A stretch of DNA of 64,000 nucleotides from a virus (taxonomy: Duplodnaviria > Caudoviricetes), in the IMG/VR virus record IMGVR_UViG_3300010160_000047, positions 1,789 through 65,788 of that record; one strand, 5' to 3'. The notes below the pieces were generated by a model, which searched no databases, was not told where the DNA came from, and saw nothing but the letters and a program-made list of their open reading frames with translations. The position numbers and the translations under genes were made by a program. This document shows positions 58,179-64,000 of the stretch, one piece after another. Position 1 is the first letter of the stretch. Each line of letters opens with the position of its first letter.

Positions 58179-58630
58179 AAGATAAAATAAGTATTCTACG
58201 TTTAGAGTATTTACATCCTAAAGTCAGATTAGATTTTAGTAATTTTATAGAAGAGGCAGAAAATAAATTAAATATAGTATTAAGAATTTCCCAGGGATTG
58301 AGAACAATGGATGAACAGCAAGCCCTTTATGATATAGGCAGAAAAATCTCTGGCCCAATAGTTACCAATGCCAAAGCAGGAAGCAGTTATCATAATTATG
58401 GTTTAGCTATTGATCTTGTTGTTTTAGTAAATGATAAAATAGATTGGAATTATGATATGGGCAAACTACTGCCTTATTCCATCAAACAACAAATCACATG
58501 GGGTGGTAGTTGGCGTAAATTTAAAGACAAACCTCACTTTGAAAAAACATTCGGAATTAACTGGCGTGATATGTTAGCCAAGTATAAAAAAAAAGATTTT
58601 ATACCCGGTACAAAATACATAACTTTATAA
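58175..58630 (+). CDS. endolysin, peptidase M15 (L-Ala-D-Glu type)
   Basis: GLRTMDEQQALY, VTNAKAGSSYHNYGLAID, WGGSW..DKPHFE. Confidence 0.93.
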   Translation: MKDKISILRLEYLHPKVRLDFSNFIEEAENKLNIVLRISQGLRTMDEQQALYDIGRKISGPIVTNAKAGSSYHNYGLAIDLVVLVNDKIDWNYDMGKLLPYSIKQQITWGGSWRKFKDKPHFEKTFGINWRDMLAKYKKKDFIPGTKYITL

Positions 58631-58655
58631 TCTTAGATGATGTTTAATGATTGAT

Positions 58656-58722
58656 AACCCTGCTTATTCTTAGGTGGGGTTTTTTAATTAATAAAGCAAC
58701 CTGTATTAGGCTGCTTTATTTT
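58656..58722. terminator. paired terminators between convergent late and early regions
   Basis: AACCCTGCTTA..TAGGTGGGGTT-Tn and AATAAAGCAACCT-GTATT-AGGCTGCTTTATT hairpins. Confidence 0.75.
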
Positions 58723-58751
58723 GGAGATTCACTAAGGATATATAAAAAGGT

Positions 58752-58994
58752 TTAATTTTTACTAGTAAAGAAATCAAAATTATTAGGGTTCTCTTTTGAG
58801 GAATTATTGAGTGTGTCTGAAATGTATTCTAACATACATAAATCTTCTTTCTTTTGCCCAATATTATACTTAGACTTTTGGAAATCTTTATATAAATTAA
58901 TGGCCACTTCATATTGGACATCATAATCCAAAGAATCATAAATGCTATTTATTTTTTTTAGCACACAAGAAAAAAGATACTCCGAATATTTCAT
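58752..58994 (-). CDS. early hypothetical protein (paralogue of 61262..61486)
   Basis: YKDFQKSKYN...KEDLCMLEYI. Confidence 0.65.
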   Translation of the reverse strand: MKYSEYLFSCVLKKINSIYDSLDYDVQYEVAINLYKDFQKSKYNIGQKKEDLCMLEYISDTLNNSSKENPNNFDFFTSKN

Positions 58995-59015
58995 AATTAT
59001 AATTTAAATTGTAAA

Positions 59016-59207
59016 TTAAATTTCTTCAACTAAAATAATTTCTTCCTTTGGTAATTCGCCTTTTTTTAATTGTTTAAAGATATTCATAACTTTAGATAAA
59101 GCATCATTCCCACAACAACTACTTCCAGATACATACATACTGTTTTTATTAATGTAATAAGTTATAATACCATCGCCATCTGTTTTTTTTACTAGTTCTA
59201 ATTTCAT
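59016..59207 (-). CDS. early hypothetical protein (paralogue of 60094..60324)
   Basis: MKLEL...IILVEEI. Confidence 0.65.
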   Translation of the reverse strand: MKLELVKKTDGDGIITYYINKNSMYVSGSSCCGNDALSKVMNIFKQLKKGELPKEEIILVEEI

Positions 59208-59224
59208 AATTTTAGTTTTTAGAT

Positions 59225-59434
59225 TTATAAATTTTCTTGTAAGCGAATGTTTTCGGTTAACTTAATAAATTTTTCTTTAGTCTTCATATAACTATCCCAC
59301 AACTGCATGATCCGATTTGCATTATCAATACCTTCTCGTTTAGCTGATCTAGTACCAAATTTAAATTCTTTGCACCAATCGTTATAGCTTGGTTGGTTTA
59401 CAGGATAAACACTTTTTACTTTAAGGAGCTGCAT
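59225..59434 (-). CDS. early hypothetical protein
   Basis: ORF with A-rich leader. Confidence 0.65.
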   Translation of the reverse strand: MQLLKVKSVYPVNQPSYNDWCKEFKFGTRSAKREGIDNANRIMQLWDSYMKTKEKFIKLTENIRLQENL

Positions 59435-59460
59435 AGTTTTTAGATTTATGGGTTAATAAA

Positions 59461-59673
59461 TTATTCAATTCTAATAACTTTAATTCCGGATGCACCAGCA
59501 TCTCTAGTTGCATATTTATTACTACTTTGCTGTCTTTTAATCATTTCAGATAAGTGCTTCCGGAACAGTTTTATATCTTCCTTTGGAATAGATATGTATG
59601 TGTCTTCCTTTAAGCCTAATGTCTGAAAGATTATTTTTGCTGATTGATAAGTATTACTTTGATTGTGTGCCAT
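59461..59673 (-). CDS. small DNA-binding-like hypothetical protein
   Basis: Start trimmed to MAHNQS. TACCTTTG -7 box at 59682-59689, C-terminal GIKVIRIE. Confidence 0.55.
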   Translation of the reverse strand: MAHNQSNTYQSAKIIFQTLGLKEDTYISIPKEDIKLFRKHLSEMIKRQQSSNKYATRDAGASGIKVIRIE

Positions 59674-59711
59674 AATACTTACAAAGGTAGTGTTATTTAT
59701 ACGCATAAGCA

Positions 59712-59990
59712 TTATGTCTTTTTACTTTTTAAGAAATCATATTCTGTAATTGTGTAAATTAGTATGGGCTTAAATCCAATCTCCTCTAAAAAATCAACTG
59801 CAACCATATCAATCTCAAGTAATTCATCAACCTGTTCTCTTAACAAAGAGTCAGGTAATTTAAAAGTGATCTGGTTTTTTGCATATTTTTTAATGTCGCC
59901 CATAGTTCCATACATAAGATTCTCGTTGTTATCAATATCCCATAAACGATAAATATTGATCTCTTTTTTTTCTGTTTTTTTCATGTTCAA
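59712..59990 (-). CDS. early hypothetical protein
   Basis: ORF track. Confidence 0.6.
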   Translation of the reverse strand: MNMKKTEKKEINIYRLWDIDNNENLMYGTMGDIKKYAKNQITFKLPDSLLREQVDELLEIDMVAVDFLEEIGFKPILIYTITEYDFLKSKKT

Positions 59991-60093
59991 TATTTTTAAG
60001 GTTTAATGTATTTATTTTTAATTGCTAGAATTTGTATTATTAGTTCTAATGCTCTTTTCATGTGCGATTGGTTTAGTTTTTAAATGACTAAAT

Positions 60094-60324
60094 CTAAATT
60101 TCCGTAGATAAGATAACCTTCTGATAATTAGCACTACCATTACCTTCTATGACTTCGTGATACATTTTTGTGGCATCTGCCAAGCATTGGGCAGTCTTTT
60201 CTTCATTATTAGTAAGAAGGTTACCGGCATACATACAATGGCCATCAAGCCTTTGGCCGTCAACGAAAACCCAATAAAATGCATCCTTGTTTACTTTGAC
60301 ATCTAAGATCAGTTCGTACTTCAT
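60094..60324 (-). CDS. early hypothetical protein
   Basis: MKYEL...VILSTEI. Confidence 0.65.
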   Translation of the reverse strand: MKYELILDVKVNKDAFYWVFVDGQRLDGHCMYAGNLLTNNEEKTAQCLADATKMYHEVIEGNGSANYQKVILSTEI

Positions 60325-60389
60325 AATTTTAAATTTTAAGGTGATAAATAATTAGTGATAAAAATACGCATTTATTTGATAAGAAAAAC

Positions 60390-60710
60390 TTAAATATTAT
60401 TATTTGAATTATTTTTTTGATTACAAAATAACTCTAACCTGTCAAACCATTCGCCGTCCCAATCATCTCTATCTTTATTCAATTCTTCAAACTGGTCAGT
60501 CCATTCTTGTGCTAATTCATATAACCCACCTATACCCTCTATTACTCCAGTTAAACCTATTACACCACCTTGATCCTCATCATAATCACTAATGAATCTT
60601 ACTATTTCAAAGTGAGTTTCCGCCCACGATGTAAAGCCGTTTGGGAACTTGTCAGCCATGGCAAAATAATAATGCCCATTTTCATGTTGTTTTGTTTCGT
60701 AGTATGTCAT
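60390..60710 (-). CDS. acidic early hypothetical protein
   Basis: FPNGFTSWAETHFEIV...GGLYELAQEWTDQFE. Confidence 0.7.
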   Translation of the reverse strand: MTYYETKQHENGHYYFAMADKFPNGFTSWAETHFEIVRFISDYDEDQGGVIGLTGVIEGIGGLYELAQEWTDQFEELNKDRDDWDGEWFDRLELFCNQKNNSNNNI

Positions 60711-60730
60711 TGTGTTATAGTTTTAGTTAG

Positions 60731-60934
60731 TTAATCTTTATTGATTTGTTTTAATATAACTTCTTTCCAATGTTGTGGTAAATCATTGCAACTTATTACT
60801 TCTTCATTTCCTTTGCAATCTGCATCCGCATCTTCTTTACTTCCAAAGATTACAATGTCTCCGTTTCCAAAATCTAATACGTGGTCAGTTTTTTTGTCGT
60901 ATATGACAAAATCAGTTTTAAATAATTTTTTCAT
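60731..60934 (-). CDS. early hypothetical protein
   Basis: ORF track with A-rich leader. Confidence 0.65.
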   Translation of the reverse strand: MKKLFKTDFVIYDKKTDHVLDFGNGDIVIFGSKEDADADCKGNEEVISCNDLPQHWKEVILKQINKD

Positions 60935-60973
60935 TTGATTTAGTTTAAGTGATTAATTTAGTTAATGAATTAT

Positions 60974-61213
60974 TTAAGATTTAATAATAAATTTTATATA
61001 ATGTTGACCTAACCCTCTATAAGCGCAATCAACTGAAGCCTCAGTTAGTTGACCTACTCTGCTTATTAAATGAAAAGAATGAACACCTTCTACTTTTGGA
61101 AAGTAAAAGAAGTGAACACCTTCTGATGCCTTCTGCTTTGCCAGTTCAACAACTTTATAAGCAGTATCCATTAATTTTTGTTCGGTAGCGTTTTGATTTA
61201 CAATAATTTTCAT
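60974..61213 (-). CDS. early hypothetical protein
   Basis: ORF track. Confidence 0.65.
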   Translation of the reverse strand: MKIIVNQNATEQKLMDTAYKVVELAKQKASEGVHFFYFPKVEGVHSFHLISRVGQLTEASVDCAYRGLGQHYIKFIIKS

Positions 61214-61261
61214 AATTAAAAGTTTTATTGATTAATAATATTTATGTTTTATACTGGCAAT

Positions 61262-61486
61262 TTAATTAGTGTAGAATTCCATAAGATTTCTTACATAGTC
61301 TGCAATGCAATCGTATTCTGATTTATTTGGATCATTAAATTTGCTATTCAAGAAATTATTATAATGATTACAGCATGACTCCCAAATAAGGTCTAAAGAC
61401 TGGTCTTCAAAGAAGCTTTGTAAGTTTAATTGTTCATGCATAATAAATACAGGATAAGCATTTAAAAAATTTGGATTTGTGTTCAT
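61262..61486 (-). CDS. early hypothetical protein
   Basis: YNNFLNSKFN...SEYDCIADYV. Confidence 0.65.
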   Translation of the reverse strand: MNTNPNFLNAYPVFIMHEQLNLQSFFEDQSLDLIWESCCNHYNNFLNSKFNDPNKSEYDCIADYVRNLMEFYTN

Positions 61487-61576
61487 GGCTTTAAGTTTTA
61501 TTGGTTATTAATTTATTTCGTGATAAAATTACGCAATCATTTGTTAATTAGTTCCCAATGTATTGCTAATGTTTTG

Positions 61577-61810
61577 TTAATAGGCTATTAGATTTGGGAT
61601 GGCATCAACTTCGTGCGCTGGTACTTGAAAGGTATGTATGTATTGATATTTTTTCAAAATACAATACCCAGTATTCTCAACTATAGCTTTGACTTGGCCA
61701 AAGTTTTGCCGTGTATAAATAAACCCAATACAACCACCTTGCAAGGGCTTAATTTCCACCTTTAAGTTATTAATATTGAATTCGTGTATTAAGTTTTTTA
61801 CGCTTCTCAT
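61577..61810 (-). CDS. early hypothetical protein
   Basis: ORF track. Confidence 0.6.
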   Translation of the reverse strand: MRSVKNLIHEFNINNLKVEIKPLQGGCIGFIYTRQNFGQVKAIVENTGYCILKKYQYIHTFQVPAHEVDAIPNLIAY

Positions 61811-61821
61811 AATTATAATTT

Positions 61822-62106
61822 TTAGGAGTTTAATAATGTTTTGAAACCTTTGTAAATACTATTTTTGTAGTTATTACTAATGTGTTGATCCAGTATTGTG
61901 CCGGATGCCAAAAGCAATGTACCAACACTACAAAAGCGAATCTCTATAGTATCCAACAACTGGCTGAATGTTTTACCTTGCTTTAAAGCGGTTAATAATT
62001 CAGACTTGTTACATACTACAGGGTCATCAAATTTGCCGGTAATTTTCGCTTTAATATGGGCATCAGCAATCAATTTAATTTCGGGTGTTATACGCTTTGC
62101 TTTCAT
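61822..62106 (-). CDS. early hypothetical protein
   Basis: ORF track. Confidence 0.6.
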   Translation of the reverse strand: MKAKRITPEIKLIADAHIKAKITGKFDDPVVCNKSELLTALKQGKTFSQLLDTIEIRFCSVGTLLLASGTILDQHISNNYKNSIYKGFKTLLNS

Positions 62107-62108
62107 GT

Positions 62109-62270
62109 TTATTTTTTTTTAGATTTATTAATAAGTTCAATAAGTTTTTTTTCGGCATCAGCATAATACTTACAGACAACAATTATTTTGTTGTCTTTAT
62201 AGATTGGCCAACCAGTAAATGAGTTATATTTTGGGAGGGGTATCGTTGTTTTTTCTCCTATTTTATACAT
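62109..62270 (-). CDS. 53-aa early hypothetical protein
   Basis: Not in track. MYKIGEKTTIPLPKYNSFTGWPIY..., fills the gap between neighbours. Confidence 0.5.
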   Translation of the reverse strand: MYKIGEKTTIPLPKYNSFTGWPIYKDNKIIVVCKYYADAEKKLIELINKSKKK

Positions 62271-62282
62271 AAGTTTACTTTT

Positions 62283-62540
62283 TTAGAGTTTATAATCATA
62301 TAAGTTTCTAGAATCAACAACAAAAAAGTAATCTTTGTCGCTGGTCATTACATAATTGTGACCTATTCGGTGCAATTCACTATTATATTTAACAACATAA
62401 CTTTCACTTTCTTTTTTAATGAATTCAACTTCAATTAAGAAAGGTTTTTTTTCTTGATACAATCTATTTATCATATCATTTATTGCATCAAATGGACTGA
62501 TATTGAAAATATCTTCATTCATTACTATTTTTTTTGCCAT
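62283..62540 (-). CDS. early hypothetical protein
   Basis: ORF track. Confidence 0.6.
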   Translation of the reverse strand: MAKKIVMNEDIFNISPFDAINDMINRLYQEKKPFLIEVEFIKKESESYVVKYNSELHRIGHNYVMTSDKDYFFVVDSRNLYDYKL

Positions 62541-62583
62541 AAGTTTATTGTTTATTAGTTTATTAATATTGTTTTATTATTGC

Positions 62584-62790
62584 CTAAATTAAGCCGTGTT
62601 TATTGCGCTGTAGACGGTCAAATTTTTGTAAACATTGCTTAAAGCCGTGTATACTTTTATCAATTTCCAGTAATATCAAAAGTTGATCAACTCGGGCCTG
62701 TGTACTTACTTTTTTTGATTCATTAAACTGTAACCCAGTTAACGAAGCGCTTAATATTTTTTTGGGCTGTAATGGTTTTTTATTTCGCAT
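62584..62790 (-). CDS. early hypothetical protein
   Basis: ORF track. Confidence 0.5.
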   Translation of the reverse strand: MRNKKPLQPKKILSASLTGLQFNESKKVSTQARVDQLLILLEIDKSIHGFKQCLQKFDRLQRNKHGLI

Positions 62791-62904
62791 AATAATAATA
62801 TTTAAAGATTAATAAAATTGTGAGCTAGTAAACAAATTAAGATTAATAAAAAAATAGTTAGGTAATCTTTGTTTTTTTGTGCCATAATATAAAATTAAAT
62901 GATT

Positions 62905-62943
62905 AAAAAATAAATTAAGCCCGATTAAATTAATAACCGGGCT
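62905..62943 (-). terminator. terminator after the GP88 gene
   Basis: AGCCCG-N14-CGGGCT stem followed by a T-rich run on the minus strand. Confidence 0.5.
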
Positions 62944-62950
62944 AATTAGA

Positions 62951-63820
62951 TTAATAAACGCTAAAAGCGCTATTTTGTGGAATTATAAAAGCATTATTTG
63001 AAGTATCAATCTTTGCTTTAACTTTTTTAAATTTAAGGCCTATAATTACACTTTTTTTGTCTTTATATCTTATGTCGGATATGTCGCCGTCAATAACAGG
63101 GAAACCCATAAACGATGTTGGTAAAACTTTGCCTTCAAATACCATTGCGACACGGCCTAAATTATTGTCTAATATGTTTATACATTCAATCATATTATGG
63201 CCGCTAAAAGAGGCCGTGAGGTCATAATTTGAAGCCGTTATTTTATTAAAACGATTTAAAACTTTTGTGTAATCATAAAACTGGACATCGTTAAATTGAT
63301 CTAATATATTAACCCCATTTAAGTTAAATAATCTCACATCAATATCGCTAGTTCCATTTAAACGGACGGAAAAATTAAAACCCTTGTTTTGTGCTTTCTT
63401 TTTTGCTTTGGCAATTTCACCAAATAACAGGCCACAAAATAACTCTCTATTTTCAAAAAATAGTTTTGTCTTTTCAATTCTAGCTTTGTTTATTTTTCCG
63501 CTAGTATCAATTTTATTATGTCCGGAATTATGTAAACAAGCTTTTACACATTCCATGGTTGACATACTGCAAACATTATATCCGCTTTGGTTACTGGGAG
63601 CTAAGTAAATTATAAAGGTCATCTCATTAAACTTTTCACCTTTAATTATTTTACTGCTACTATTAACCGACCCCAAGTAACTAAAATTTACAAGGCCTTT
63701 TTTCTTAGCGCTGGCAATTGACGGCGCTGTTTTAATATTTATATCTTTTTGTAAACTGTCGGCAATGTGATTAATTTTATCAATCACTTTTGAAAGATCA
63801 CTTTTGTTTGTAATAATCAT
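62951..63820 (-). CDS. GP88-family protein (Cys-triad, radical-SAM-like)
   Basis: YLAP...NVCSMSTMECVKACL, VRLNGTSD, FYDYTK, YDLTAS, VIDGDISDIRY..IGLKFK. Confidence 0.8.
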   Translation of the reverse strand: MIITNKSDLSKVIDKINHIADSLQKDINIKTAPSIASAKKKGLVNFSYLGSVNSSSKIIKGEKFNEMTFIIYLAPSNQSGYNVCSMSTMECVKACLHNSGHNKIDTSGKINKARIEKTKLFFENRELFCGLLFGEIAKAKKKAQNKGFNFSVRLNGTSDIDVRLFNLNGVNILDQFNDVQFYDYTKVLNRFNKITASNYDLTASFSGHNMIECINILDNNLGRVAMVFEGKVLPTSFMGFPVIDGDISDIRYKDKKSVIIGLKFKKVKAKIDTSNNAFIIPQNSAFSVY

Positions 63821-63848
63821 AAAAATATTTTTAGGTGTGAATAATAAC

Positions 63849-63876
63849 CAAAGATAAGGTAATAATATTACGCAAA
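63849..63876 (-). promoter_or_regulatory. candidate early promoter overlapping a 16-bp motif
   Basis: TTTG-N16-TATCTTTG on the minus strand (spacer shorter than consensus). Confidence 0.5.
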
Positions 63877-63897
63877 GAACAAACAGTTATACCTTTC

Positions 63898-64000
63898 ACA
63901 AACAATTAACAATCCCCTCTACAGCCTACCATACCCAACCAAAGCGAGAGACAAAGCAAGTGATACGAACTAAGCAGATTAAAAAAGATATGGCAACAAA
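63898..64000. repeat. right copy of perfect inverted repeat (partner 809-911)
   Basis: Exact reverse complement of 809-911, truncated by the window end. Confidence 0.95.

Noticed and set aside
1-64000. Stop-codon reassignment (TAG/TGA) as in some crAss-like phages
   Set aside because: Long genes are uninterrupted in the standard code, and both TAG and TGA end genes.
1-64000. CRISPR array, tRNA, DGR/retron reverse transcriptase, intron/intein, integrase
   Set aside because: No repeat-spacer array, cloverleaf, YxDD RT motif, split core gene or recombinase motif was recognised by eye.

Overview
This is most of the genome of an AT-rich tailed dsDNA phage with a crAss-like (Crassvirales-related, podovirus-type) structural module, read in the standard genetic code. 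The host is probably Bacteroidota, inferred from TTTG-N18-20-TAnnTTTG promoters, A-rich start contexts without Shine-Dalgarno sequences, and a Q-rule signal peptide. The left arm holds a partial Rad52/Sak-like recombinase, a C5 DNA methyltransferase next to a PAPS-reductase-like gene, NinG, a Prim-Pol/helicase fusion, a lambda O/P-like initiator pair and divergent HTH genes. The centre holds terminase, portal, a cluster of small basic proteins, scaffold, major capsid protein, tail ring and nozzle genes, and three putative ejection proteins, the last a 4199-aa polyvalent protein. The right arm holds two giant fibre/adhesin genes with signal peptides, a lysis cassette, and a leftward early region headed by a GP88-family gene. 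No DNA polymerase, virion RNA polymerase, integrase, tRNA, CRISPR or DGR was recognised. The main unexplained signals are: +1-frame ORFs overprinted inside the polyvalent gene and repeat-bounded effector cassettes within it; Sec-type signal peptides on fibre-like proteins; a perfect inverted repeat of at least 103 bp linking the two ends; three GroES-like paralogues; a C-terminal motif shared by small head-region proteins; and a 16-bp operator-like motif at seven sites. All protein assignments come from motif recognition by eye; no database search was run.
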